DNA of 64,000 bases, taken from Dimorphilus gyrociliatus (lineage: Eukaryota > Animalia > Annelida). Location of the stretch: NCBI GenBank assembly GCA_904063045.1, contig CAJFCJ010000022.1, forward strand, positions 620,001 through 684,000, in the 5' to 3' direction. This document shows, one piece after another, positions 43,024-56,611 of the stretch (positions within the stretch are counted from its first letter, which is position 1; the number at the start of each line of letters is the position of its first letter). The position numbers were made by a program, and so were the translations under genes. Under the pieces are notes generated by a model. It searched no databases and was not told the DNA's origin. It saw only the letters and a program-made list of their open reading frames with translations.

Positions 43024-44635
43024 TTATTGAACAGTATAACACGGACACCACTCTTGTTTAATCTGTTCACTTTCACAAGTTCTATCACTTGGAATGGCCT
43101 TGAATAGAGAAATTCCTCTTCCGTTAATATCGGTTTTACCCATACTATCACCAATCTGAGAAATATGTCGAAAAGTTTCATAAATATCGAATCCATTTAT
43201 TAAATAATTCTCATTTATCTTGAAATTTTCATAAAAATTTCGATGTTCATCCCTGAATTTTTTAGGAAGTGCAATACCCAGAAACGGCTGAATCTCTTCG
43301 TAGTTTTTGTCCTTAAGGAATATATGATTCCGTGCAGCCGCATCTCCCACATCAGACATAATGAACACAATTGTACTTCGAAGGCTATTTCTGTTCAATA
43401 GCTTCAAAGTGGATAATAATTCTATATCGGAATTTTTTAACTGTTGCATAGAATCTGTTGTTAAAGAGTTCATGTGAAAGAATCTGCGGAGAAACGGAAA
43501 ATCAAAATACAAACTATCCAACTCAACTCAAAGTAAAGTAAAAACTAACGAAAATGTAGGCACATCCTCGTAGACGTTGTATACATCCGTCAATAGTTTA
43601 TATAACCTCTTAGTTTCGAATAATTTCGATTCCAAACAGGCTTTTTCGTCCGATAGAAGACCGTCAGTGTTAAAGTCGAAATAATGATCGGCAGTTTTTC
43701 CGTATTCTAAGAAAGGTTTTTATAGAAAAAAAAAAACAATTAAAAAAAATATATCATCTTTTTTTTTGACAAGTGGAACAAACTAGAGAATTTCAAAACT
43801 TTATCCAACTCAACTGTACTGTGCTTTGCGAACAATGTGACGTAACCAGCTGTCTTAATAGACTCCCAAATATATTCTCCAGTGAAATTAGCATGTTTTG
43901 GTATTTCCTTCATTTGTGTATTGGCGAGTAGTGTGAGGAAAGCCTTTAAACGAATATCATTTTAAACATTTGTCCATGTAATAGATACAATTGGTACTTT
44001 ACCGATGTTTGCGTTCCTTCAGACACGGAATATCCTTTCATAAATCGTCCTTTCATATTCTTAATAAAATATCCATAGGAATTAGGAAAGTTTCTAACAA
44101 AACTCGCAAGTGAAAGACCGTGCAAAGATAAAGCAAGAATATTATATTTCTTCTGGGAGTTTGGATGTTTTTTTAATAATCTAGCTAATTTAGCATCATC
44201 CCTAATTGGATAGCCAAAAATTCCTACATACTTCTCACCTCTAACCCAACATTTAGCTACATTTAAATCATGTAGTAATTTATAACTAACATCCTCTTCG
44301 TTAAAGTTAACTTTAGCTTCCTCAACTTTCTCCTCTTCAGTATTCATTATAGGATTAAATGAACAATCGAATTTAATGTGTTTGTATAGGATATTGCTAA
44401 CGGCATAAGCCCGTCCATTTTTCATGAAGAGCCAATCAGGATTCTGACACGTATACTCTTTAATTTCTTTCGGACCAACTGAGGATGAAATAGTAGTTTG
44501 TAATCGACAAACAGGTCTTGTTAATCGTCTTTTTGTCAGTTCGATCTGGTCTCTCATCATAAATAATAGTACGAATAGCACAAGAATAATAATAAAGGAT
44601 ATATTGCCGTATCGTCTTCTCAATCTTAGTAGCAT
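43024..44635 (-). CDS. DUF229-family type II membrane protein (alkaline-phosphatase-like superfamily), about 4 exons
   Basis: N-terminal TM anchor, 'GRFMKGYSV', 'TIVFIMSDVG...EEIQPFLGIALP', and C-terminal 'GISLFKAIPSDRTC...WCPC', typical of DUF229. Confidence 0.75.
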
Positions 44636-45198
44636 TTTTTGCAGTTTAAATTTTTCTATCTAACAATAAATAAGGAACCAACTAAGGAGAAAAATCATCC
44701 ATTATATAATATTTAAATACAAGTAAGCGATAAATTCTTTTTTCCAGCCTTCTTTGGTATTCAATTTTCCAAAGTATAGTGTTCAAGAGAGCTCTGTTCG
44801 AACACCAAAAATCAGTATGAAACTTTTGTCAATACTCTCGCAGGCCAGAGTACATTTAACAATTCAGCTGAACTCAATTCTACTTCTATAGCCCCCTTAG
44901 CCCCTTTTGCTCACTCCAAAAGTTTATTTTAGCTTTATCTTAGTTTCAAAGAAACCTTGAACTTTCTCTTCATACATCTGCACATTCATTCATTCATTCA
45001 TTCATTCACTCATTTATTCAGTTTCTCTGCTATTCTGTCTTTTCATTATTTCTTTTTTATTTTATTGATAATAAATAAAGGGAAAATATAAAATGCGTTT
45101 TAAAATTAATGCATAATGTGTATATTTTCAATATTATCTTCGCTTTTATCTTCCTATTCTCTTCCCTCTCATTTTATCAATTTTGTTCTCAATTTCTT

Positions 45199-45705
45199 TT
45201 ACGGTCTTGTTAACCAGGGATCGAATACTTTATAGTCGGCAGGTGGCGTTCTCATAGTACCATTCGCTCCATCTACGTAAGCGTATCTTGCCCAGTAGAG
45301 ATGCTCCGGTTCTCTTAGAGGTTTCGCTGGCGTATTCATTGGATCTATATTAGTCGAAGAATAAATCAAATGCATTTGCCTATGGGGAGGATCTCTTCCA
45401 GATAATGGAACGTTTGGAGGAGGCAAATGGGACCAACAAGGGGTTTGCCTATGTAAATTTCCGGCTCGTTCGCTTTTTCTAATTGTGGTGGCGGTAAAGT
45501 CAGATTCTAATAAACAGGGCATGTGTTGTTCTTGATAGTTTCCTGTACCGATTCTTTCGTTCTTTTCCCCACGTCCCCATCTGCCAATACCGTGCGGATG
45601 GACTCGGGGAGTGAACCAATCGTCTGCTTCCGATAAGACACGGCCAGATCGAAGTGGGGCAACATACGTACTCTTTTCCACTTCATCTTTTAGCTTGGCG
45701 GCCAT
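45199..45705 (-). CDS. Intronless 168-aa Pro/Arg-rich uncharacterised protein
   Basis: ATCATGGCC start. The 507-nt frame is GC-richer than its flanks and has a CTCF/YY1-like motif 45 bp upstream. No family recognised. Confidence 0.75.
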   Translation of the reverse strand: MAAKLKDEVEKSTYVAPLRSGRVLSEADDWFTPRVHPHGIGRWGRGEKNERIGTGNYQEQHMPCLLESDFTATTIRKSERAGNLHRQTPCWSHLPPPNVPLSGRDPPHRQMHLIYSSTNIDPMNTPAKPLREPEHLYWARYAYVDGANGTMRTPPADYKVFDPWLTRP

Positions 45706-47557
45706 GATCCGATACAATTTGTTATGGTTGTTACTAAGGGAAAAAATACGGCGCCATCTGTTTACTAACAATCACTTAATCAGTCCTGTAAATCAATTTG
45801 TATCACGTATCCGGATTAGTGCGGAAGTCAGAAGGGAAAGATATGAAGTTTTCAACAGAAAACGCATAAAGAATCCTTGTAAACTAGAAGAAAAAGCAAG
45901 AGATTATACAGTTTCACAATAAATGGAGTATGAAAGGGAATGTCAGAATACATATATACAGTATATATATATATGGTAGTGTGTGTGTGTGAAAGAGAGG
46001 AGGAAAGAGACTTTTTTCATTTTATAAGATAATTTAAACTCTCCAGTGAGAGAGATCTTTTGATAAAAAAAGAAATATAAATAACATTCTCTTTCTTTCT
46101 TTCTATTGCTATTGAATATATAAGTATTAAATAAAACATTGCTTTTATTATTTAAAAGAAACTAGTATTTTCAAAAAAACCTACAAAGAGTTGAGTTAAA
46201 ATGAAACTAAAAACTGTTGATATTCTTTATAAAATATGAATTTAAGAATCACAATCTACTCTTTAGAAATTCTCAAAGGATTACGATTTCTTACTTGTTC
46301 ACTGGCGTAACTGTTAGGCAAATTGAAAGAGTTACCTTAGGCAAAGGATAAAAAGTGAAGCTTGTACTTTCTTCAGAGGAATTTTTTTTATCTGTTTTGA
46401 TATTTACTTGTCCCCTGCACCCACTGATTCTTCTCTTAAATGCAACCTATAAGACAAAGTTATCAGCGTCAAGTGCTTGTTATAGTAATATACACTCTGT
46501 TTATTGTAAAACTGTAACTTGTAACAGTACTCCACAGAAAAGACGAAGGGATATAATATGTATATTTCGTATAATTAATGATAGTGAATATTCATAGGAT
46601 GATAAAAAATGAGTCATTTCATTTGTACTTTTAATTTGTTCAAGGTTAAATATGCTTCAAAGAGCCAATAGAAAAACCAACTGGGACTATATCTTAACAA
46701 AGATCTGTACTTTTCCCGTTTAGTTTACAATTTTAACATTAAAGTTAAAAGATTTGGTTTGCAATTAAAAAGATATCCACTTTTAGAAGAGTATCTTCTG
46801 TAATTATCACCTTTTTCTTCATTCCCCCCCCCCCTCCCCCAGCAAAGGCCAAATATTTCAAGTTACAAGATATTTTAATTTCCGTTCCTTGCTCCTTTCT
46901 GCTTTCTCTGTCCATAATAATTTATTCAAAGTCAAAAGTCGGGACAGAGAGATATAGATAGATAGAAAGAAAAGAAATGATAGATAGAGAGAGAATGTGA
47001 AGGATATTAAATTAAGAGAAGCTCGCTAAATACTAATCAAAGTCTTGATTTTTTTTTGGACTTTTGCTTTATTAAACTGAAATGAATTATTAATCTCTCT
47101 CTCTCTCTCTCTCTGTCTCTCTTCGGCTCTTTCTTTCCATTCAATTTTACACTATACTCGTTCTTTTTGTCTCCATCTTCCAAGAGCCTAAAAGGAGAAC
47201 GCTAAATGCTTTATGTTTCTCTTTTCTCCTACTTTCATAATTGCTTATAATATGCTATCAGCTTAAAAGCTTATTAAAGGGCAGTTAATTATTTTACCAA
47301 TAAGAAGAATTAAAAAAGAAAAAAAGTGTGGCGCCATCTTTATTTAGTGACATGATTTTCTCATGAAAGCAATAATGAAAAAGTATAATTTGTTTAGTCA
47401 TTGAAAATAAGCAGTTATCTTTTTTTAGTTATTAAAGAACTGCAGTTATAAGCCTATTTAAATTTGGTTATATTTTGGCGAACTTTAAGAAATAACTGGT
47501 GGCTGGAAGAAACGTAATTTTCTAAATATGTTCAAAAGCACATGCTCATTCTCATTC

Positions 47558-47620
47558 TTTATCATTTAGATAATTAAAAAGAATATATAAGTAAAAGATT
47601 TTCATAAAGTTTACTTCAGT
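47558..47620 (+). promoter_or_regulatory. GATA + TATA + Inr core promoter of the carboxypeptidase
   Basis: TTATCA/AGATAA at ~47558-47575, TATATAA at 47584-47590, TCAGT initiator at 47616-47620, ATG at 47660. Confidence 0.45.
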
Positions 47621-47659
47621 CAGATTCTTGTTGCAGCTCCAATAAACAACAGCAAAAGA

Positions 47660-49564
47660 ATGAGGTTTCTAGTATTGTGTGCTCTATTTGGTTTGGCTGC
47701 AGCTGCCACTACAAAATACGATGGGTAAAGAGATTAAATGATTCAAATATAACCCAAAACATTTTTCGTATAATGCTATATAATGAAAATGCAGTCAACT
47801 CCATACTGTATACCGATGTTTTTGTTTTTCCTTTCTATAGTTTCAAAGTCTTAAGAGCATATCCAACAACTCATAAGCAATTAATTAAATTACAAAGATG
47901 GGAGCGTTTGGATGAAAGGGTAAATTACTATATTAAATCAATTTTATAGTATTTTATCTATTTAACGATGATCTCATATGATTTTCTTAGTTGGATTTCT
48001 GGACCAGTCCCGTAAGAATTGGCAGTCAAGTCGACATTATGGTCAGCAAATCGCTTGTTAGAACCATCAGCTATAAATTGAAAAAGTCGAAAATTCCATT
48101 TATAATTGCTGTTGACGATGTTCAAAAGTGAGTTCAAACACCGAATTTCTTTATGGATAATAAAAAAAAATAGGATAAGATAAGAAGAAGAAAAGAGTTT
48201 TGATATTTTTCGTATTGTTGATTCTAATTGTTTCTTTTGCAGATTAATTGATGAAAATGGAGGCAATTCGAAAACCGATTCTTCAAGAGTAGACTTTAAT
48301 GAATACAATAGATTTGACGCGGTATGCCCTTACCATCTTTTCTCTCTTTGCGTCTTTTCTTCAACGTTAGCATTTTCTCTTTCATTCTTTTTTCTTTTTT
48401 GTTAGATTAACACTTTTCTCCAAAATACTGCTAACTCATGCAATAATTGCGAGCTACTTGACATTGGAACAAGTTATGAAGGTCGTGAAATGAAAGTCAT
48501 TAAAATTGGAGCCGGAACTAATAAACCCGGTCTCTTCTTCGAATGCGGCATCCACGCCAGAGAATGGATCTCTCCTGCCGTTTGTATCAACGTCATTAAC
48601 AAGGTATAAAAGTACAGCAATTTTTTCAGCTAAACATTATAGCTGTTAAATTCTATCGATTTGTATCAATTGCAGTTGGCTACCGAATACGACAGTAACA
48701 GCCAAGTAAAGGAAATGTTAGATAGATACGACTGGTTCTTTTCTCCCGTTAGCAACCCTGATGGATACGAATACACCCACACCGATGTAAATATTTTATA
48801 TACAGATTTCGCATATTGACTTGATTAATATCGAGTAAAAGCAAAATTAAAATGTAACTAAACACAAACTCTATGAAATTCTATCCCATACAGACGAGAC
48901 TTTGGAGAAAAACCAGAAGCGAAAATTCTGGCAGTAGTTGCAGAGGAGTCGATCCAAACAGAAATTGGGGATATAGATGGGGAGGTAGGAACGTTAGATT
49001 TATTGTTGAAATGTTTAAGCCTTCATTTATCAACCCTTTCCTCCTATTCTTGTTTATCTTTCCTGTATATTTTTCACTACAGAATCTGGTTCTAGTACGA
49101 ATCCCTGCTCTGATATTTTTATGGGTCCAAGCGCTTTTAGTGAAAAGGAAACTGCCAATATTAGAGATTTTGTTTTACAAAGAGCCAGCAGAATAAGAAT
49201 GTACATGTCCGTACACAGTTTTGGTCAATATTTCCTTATTCCATGGAGCTATGCTACCGAATACCCGGAAGATTTCGATGATTTACAAGAAGCTGGTGAC
49301 GTTGGAGCCAACGCCCTCCGTGAAGTCCACGGAGTGACCTACACAGTTGGTCACTCTGCAGTTTTATTGGGAGCAACTGCCGGATCTTCTGACGATTGGG
49401 CCAAGGGAGGAGCTAACATCAAGTTTGCCTACACGTTGGAGTTGAGAGATAGAGGCTTTTACGGTTTTCTTTTACCAAAAGACCAAATTCAGCCAACTTT
49501 CGAAGAAGTATGGGCTGCTTTGTACGCTATGCATAATCACTTTAATACAAATTGGCCAATGTAA
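47660..49564 (+). CDS. Secreted M14A metallocarboxypeptidase zymogen, CPB-like specificity residue, 8 exons
   Basis: Signal peptide MRFLVLCALFGLAAA and prodomain (LDFW...VDIMV). Motifs: GIHAREW (H69/E72), NPDGYEY, WRKTR, DPNRNW, SVHSF (H196), GSSDDW (D255), YTLELRD (E270). Confidence 0.95.
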
Positions 49565-52000
49565 ACTAGAATCAATTTAATAATAATAAATATGTTTTAT
49601 TTAATCAAATCACAAATAGATGATTGTTTAATAGATTAATTAATTAAATTAACGGAATTATTATGTTATTGAAAGATTCTTTGACTCAGAAAAAGAGAGA
49701 GAGAGAGAGGAAGAGAGGGAGAGATATGGAATGATATATATATATATCATATACAGACACATGAAAGATTACTGTTTTAATAATACTTTATTTTTTCCTG
49801 ACGCACTGTCCGTTGTTATGGCGATTAAAATATCTAAAAAAAAAGAAAAAGGAAAAGCAGTTTACGTGGTTTGCTAACTATAAATAATTTGCGAATAAGT
49901 CTGTCCTCTAATCTCCATTATTCTAAATATACATTACGTATTATTAATTGTTCATACAAAAATTCTGTTGTATAGTTAGGCTAAGGCTGTGCTGCGCATT
50001 TACGCTCTTCTTCTTCGAGTACGTTGTTGATGCTATATTTATAAAAATGGAAAAATTTAGTTAGGCGACGTATGGAATAACGATGAAAAGGAATTGGCAT
50101 TAGCTAGAAAAGATGAATCAAACTACTTTAAAATATCTTTATGCGTGGAAGAAGATTAAAATATAAAAATATATCTTTATTAATATTGGCGATGATCTGT
50201 AAAAGCAGCTTCCTTAAATGAATGACTTCAAAACTCCCTTTAGGTGGCGCATAACTAGCGCAAAGTCAACGTCAGCAATTCCCGTTGATTATTAAGGTGT
50301 GTATTAATGGAAGAGGGTCATACAAAAAATCTCCTATGTTATATTAATTGGAAAGATCATTTGCATTGATTGGGAAAAGTTTACGAAAATGTTCTTTTAA
50401 CAATTTTGAACTTGTCTGTTGAAAAGACTCGATCCGAATCAAAGTTGATAGGATTTTTCTCAGGTAAGAAACAAATTAAATTAAATCATTTTCTCTTCTT
50501 TTCCTCTCCTTGTTTTTTTTTCTTTCTTCATTAAAAATTAAAAGTTTGCAAAAAGAGAAATTCCAAGTATATCACGTTTCTTTCAATGATACAGATATCT
50601 TTTTTAGAAATAGGATACTTTCTCTACTGGAAAACGTTTAGATTTAAGCATCTAGTTAGTTTAGATCGTACGGATAAAGCATAATGCAGTCTATTGTGTA
50701 ACAACTTTATATTTAGACTATTTATGTATATCTCTATGTTGATGTGTATATAATATAAAGTACATCTTTACTGTGTAAGTTTCTACAAAGTGTGTAGCGA
50801 AGACTTTATGCAAATATCTTGAATGTACGACAGAGTTCCAAGATGAAAAACTATTCCTCCACCTCGCTTTTACTCTATCCTTCTTCCTTCTCCCCTCCAT
50901 CCTCTCTTTCACTTTAATTATCTATTAGTTGCATTCTAAGGTAGCTGTAGAATAATTTAAAACCAAATTACTCTATTTATATTTTCCTTCCCTATTATAT
51001 CGACCGAAGAAGAGTGACATATTGATGTATCAGAAATGAAGAGGAATATATACTATATATATACAGTATGCTGTATATGTACAAAAACTGTAGATATTTT
51101 GAACTCAATCAATAGGAGAGTACTGGAAAATATGCTTTTCCTTTTTTCCGTTTTTATTACCCTTTTCTTAATTAGAATTTTGTCACAATGGTCTGAAGAA
51201 TTGGATAAATAAGACTTTTAATAAAAAATTGAAAGGAAAAAGTTTCTTTTTGGGAAAAAGATGCATCTTTTCTTTTTGTTTTTTCCTCAATTCCTATTAA
51301 TTTAGGTAGCTATTTAATAATTTATAATGTAGAATCAATGCAATGCTTACTTTCTTTACTTGTCTTTTTTATTGCAAAGATGGCTTGATGATAATAGAGA
51401 AATACTTTAACAAATAGACGCTTGATGATTGTTTAGAGGGGAATAATATTAATATTATTAATACATACATCCATAGAGGCGAAGAAAGGGAAAGGTGAGG
51501 GATAAGGTTTCTAGGTTCGCCTTTGCAATGTTCTTCAGGTAAATCGTGAAAATCACTAACCGTTTACCCTTCAAGACTCTTAGATGACGTTTGAAGTATA
51601 TAAAAACAAATAGAGGGTGTCTAAGTAGATATTATGATTCCATATACTCAGCGAATGAAGTGAATAAAGTTTTCAATATAGTCAAAATATTGCGCTGAAA
51701 TATTAATTTGCATAATTTATTCAAATTAAAAACTCGATCAAGAAAACAAATGTAATTCCCATTTTACGCTTAATGGCCTAATCAAAAAAACGGTAATCTT
51801 CATTTGTTTTCCAACCGTCTCCCCTTACTGTCTTGTCGATTATCTAATGGCAGTCGAAGCGCCTATTAGACGCCTTTTTTAAACGTTTTCCATAAAGTAT
51901 ATTTGTAAGTGGATTAGATAGTAAGGAAAGAATCCTTTCAGGCGAGATTTTATTGTTTTCATTATATAGATTTATTTACAGAAATATTCTTGGAGCAGTA

Positions 52001-52604
52001 ATGGAAAAGGAGAAGACCTTTGGTAGAGTGGTTAGAACAATACAGGTAATAAAATACTCTAGAATTCTATCCTATTGTTTTCGTTTTATCCTTAATCATC
52101 TTCGTATTCACTACTACCAGTACTATCTTTAAGATCACTTTATAACTGGATAATTTTACCGTATTTTGCACTTAAAAAATATGAGCTGAAGCGCCATCTC
52201 TAGTTTGGAGGTGGAGGATAGGAGGGAGATGGAGTCTAGTAAGGGAGATAGGGAGTGACTGGAAGCGTTTGGCTTAAACTTTTTTTTTCTTTCTTCACTT
52301 TATGTTTGTTTTAGAAAGAGTAGTTTTAGAAAAAGTCTTTTGATAAGAAAGGATAATTGTAAGGTGAAGAGTTACCCGGCTATTTAAAAATAAATGATGC
52401 TATAAAAACAATATTATGATTGAAATAATTTTCAACACCAAGAAAACTTGAGTATTTCTTACTAATTTTCGGATTATAGTTTTAAATTTCAAAGAAACTA
52501 TGATAGGCAGGAATAAAAGTAGATAAAATATTTTCATCTGTCCAGAAAGGAACGGGATTAATAAGGACTAGCTTTAAGAAAGAGATGAAGGAAGAAAGTG
52601 AGAA

Positions 52605-52636
<32 letters not shown>

Positions 52637-55600
52637 GGACAGAGAGAGAATGAAAACGTAAAAGTTTGAAATAATAAGAAAACTTAAAATTATAAATGTA
52701 TGAATCTATTTGCATTTGTCTGTGTTATTTTTATATAAGTTATATAAGAGTTTTAGCATATTGATTAAATTATAACGTCATCACCAGAAGCTGTGCATGT
52801 GACATTCCGTAACTAAAGCATCCGACACACACAGACACAAACACACACATGCGTTTATATATTAATTGTTTTATTTATTTTTAATATATGCAAAAGGTAG
52901 ATATTGTTGATAATTCAGTTATTTAACTCTCGTTACCAAGACGACTAATAGCTAGCCAACACTCTCTTTATACATGCATTATACATGGTAATGAAGCTAT
53001 ATGGCTCTATATATGTACACGGCATGTCAGAGCTAGTCTTTCATGACGTCTAGCGCCACCGAGCACCTGCTATTTCGTAACCATGGAAACTCTCATTTCG
53101 CACTGTCTTCTCGGCTTTTCTATCGACCTGCTTTCCATACACCTTGACAAACATGTTATGATAAATTAGGGAGGAGTAGCCTTTAAACCAGTGTATTTTT
53201 TTTGATAACTTGGCCACCAATTACAAAGTCAAAGGATAAAGAGAAAAAATATACTTAAATGTCTTCCGTTTTTCGGAAAATTCAGGTTTGTTTTTTAGTG
53301 TATCTTTAGTAAAACAAGGAAAGAAAAAAGCCAAAATCTTCGCTTCTCTTTTTCCTATTCAATCGAAGATGAGTGTATACTTTCTAATGAGCATATTCCA
53401 TTTTCTCTTCGTTGCTTGTTGTTTAACTTTTTTCAATGTAAGATGTTTATAAATATAGTTGATATATTTTATTTATTATTTGGTTTATAATCTCAATCTC
53501 TTCTTGACTTTTTCTTCCCTCTCCATCCGCCTCTCCATCTCCCATTCCTCTATCATAGCCTATGATTTCATTATCCCATTAAATTGTTAACTTTTATATC
53601 TTCTATATCAAACAAAAGTTGAAATGAGGAGTGAGAGAGAGAGAGAGAGAGAGAGTCCGTGAGAATGAGAGATAAAGAGAAGAAATAAAGACAAGTAGGG
53701 AAATAGGAGGAGTATATTGAAAAAAAATTGTGTTGACTGTTTGATTTCGATAAGAACTCGGTTGTTCGCTTCTTATTACAACTAGGAAAAAGGTGAAACC
53801 TTATTAAAACCTATTCGAATTAATTCTTTACCTTCTTTTTCTCTTCTTTCTCCATTTTCCCCAGCTGCTCATTTCTCCATTTCCTCGAAAGAGTCAAATT
53901 AGATGAATGGTAGGATAAAATAATCTACAATTCGCCGTCCTGAATAGTTGATTTATGTAGTATTAATATACTTTCACTTGTATTTCTCTCTTTTTGCTCA
54001 TCTTTTAGTTTGTTAATTATGATCTATTCTTTGTCTATGTAGTTGCATAGAGCGAAAAAACCTAATTATGATAATCCCTTTGAAGAATAATAAACAAGTC
54101 TTCGATTTGTTTGAAAAGTAATTAGCCTTCGATCTAAAAATACTAATCAAATGATCTAGTTTAATTTAGCGATTGATAAACTCTTTTAAAGAGATTAGAA
54201 GATAGTTATGAATGAATGAATGAATGAATGAACGAAACAGAATGAAAAAGAAGAGAGGAAAGAAAGATTTAAAAATTCTATGTTTTTAAAATATGATTTA
54301 AGAGTAATTATTTTATCTCCAACCTCTTCTCTTTTTTCCTAATAGCTCATTAGATCATGGGCTTCGAACCGACTACAATCGGGAGAGGTCGTTCAACAGG
54401 ATTCTTTCCTGGAAAGATTTGCTATGGGTGGAGCCGTCGCTACGGAAAGTGGGTCGGAGGCTGGTGGCGGGGGGTCAGGCAAGAAAAAACCTGGCATATT
54501 TAGTTTAAGGTAAGATAAAAGAAAGTAAAAACCAAAAAGACAAACAAGTACTTGATGAAAAAATCAAAAAGATGTATAAACAAGTACGATGATTGACTTA
54601 AATGTCGATCATAGGTTGTTTTTTTTATACATAACTGTACAATTTATATTTAGACGCTTAGTCATCTTTTTTGTCAAAGTCGTTTTATAAAGAGACTCTC
54701 TTTTGAAATGAAACTATACGAAAAAGTACTAACTGAGTAACAAATGAAAGACCGACATCTAAAGCTCGGCTACCGATTGCAAAAGGTTGATCAACTAATA
54801 CATTAAGACAATAACCTGTCCTTGAACTTGATTTGATAATTATTTAAGGGGATTGTATGGAATTATCAATCAATATTTCATAACGGTTAACACGGTTAAT
54901 AAACATACATACTTGAAAATGTTTTACACTCGTACGTCGTATTTTTGTGTCTATATAATGCAATGACTTGTGAATAATCAGACGCTAATTAATTAGCGTA
55001 TGTAAAGCTTCTCTATAATGATATTAGGGAAAATATATATTTATAAGAGTCCAATATATTCTGGTACCTTAATTATTTTACGTAGAGGGTCACCAAGTAT
55101 TTTTCTTATATCCTTCTACAATCCTATATTTCATCTTTATAATTACTATTACTTTTCATTCTCTTTAGTTTTGTTTACTTATTTATTAAGTTGGCCATCT
55201 ATCTAACTGTACATCATTAAGAAAAGTTGTTTTGTTTACACTTCCTTTTTCCTCTAGTATAATGACTTGGAGTTTAACATTTTCAATTAGCATATGAAAA
55301 AAAGCAATAACGCCTCTAATAGCCAATATACAGTATATTATTATAATAAATACTTCCATAAAAAACGACTGACTCGGTTGCGATCCTTCTCCTTATTATT
55401 AGTATTGATTTAATTGCTTCCATTCACGCGTCCATCCTTCCTTACGTACATCCGCGCGTATATACAGTATATATATATATATATATATATATTCTCTATA
55501 TATATTTTCCCTAATAGCTGTTTAATAGAGAATCGATTTGTTTTCTTCCTTTTTTCTTCCCTTTTTCTATTCTGTTTTGTTTTTTTATATATCGATATGC

Positions 55601-56061
55601 TACAAGTTATTTTTTAGTCTTTTTTCTATTCTTTCCCTTTTCTTTCTTTCTTTCTTTCTTTCTTTCTCTTTTTTCTCTCTTCGTCAATTTTTTCTTTACA
55701 ATCAAATATTAATGTCACCTATCCTAATCAGGTACTGGAAATGTTGGGTAATGGATCCTTCTTCAACGGCCTATTATCGTTGGTTGGCCGTCATTTCAAT
55801 TGCCGTCCTCTACAATCTCATCATGATCGTCGCCCGTTCAGTCTTTTGGAAACTACAACAGCAATTTAGATACATCTGGCTGGGTTTAGACTATATCTGT
55901 GATACGATTTATCTTATCGATATGTTCGTACAATTTCGAACTGGTAAGTTAGCATTTAACTTTTTTCTACATTTCTCTTTTGTTTGAATTCCACTTTTTG
56001 AAATGAATTTCAATAATTTCGAAACTCTTCTCTCTTTCCTCTTTCTTCTACTTCTTCCTCT

Positions 56062-56108
<47 letters not shown>

Positions 56109-56580
56109 CTTCTTTTTAAAGCTATTTCTATGTTCTTCTTTGATCTATTGCATATTCACACAATTAAACCATATATTGTTTTGCTTTATTAGTCTCTTTT
56201 CTTTTCTTTTTTGCATATTCTGTATATACATATTTTTTTTTTCATTTCATATGTGCGCATGCGCAATGGCGTCAGTTTTGTGGTCTATTGCACATAATAG
56301 GCATAGTTAATTGATAGAAATTAGCGCAGCGACAATTTACTCTCTTTTTTTTCAGGGTTATCAAACAGTCTTTACGCTATTTAGCACTTAATGACATTGA
56401 TTATTTATTTATTTAGATAATAGAATCAATTCTCTCCATCTTTTTTCTCTTTAGTTCTTTCTCATTTCCTTTTTTTTCTTTTGTTTATAGACTGCTTGTT
56501 TAATTTAAATAATAACAATACAAGGAGGATATAGAAAAGAAAATGGAAATTTCAATACTTTTTATTTGCCTGTCTGTCTG

Positions 56581-56611
<31 letters not shown>

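Noticed and set aside
56355-56400. Good acceptor (ttttcag|GGTTAT) between the shared CNG exon and block A, as a possible third block
   Set aside because: Stops after 9 codons, with no channel similarity.
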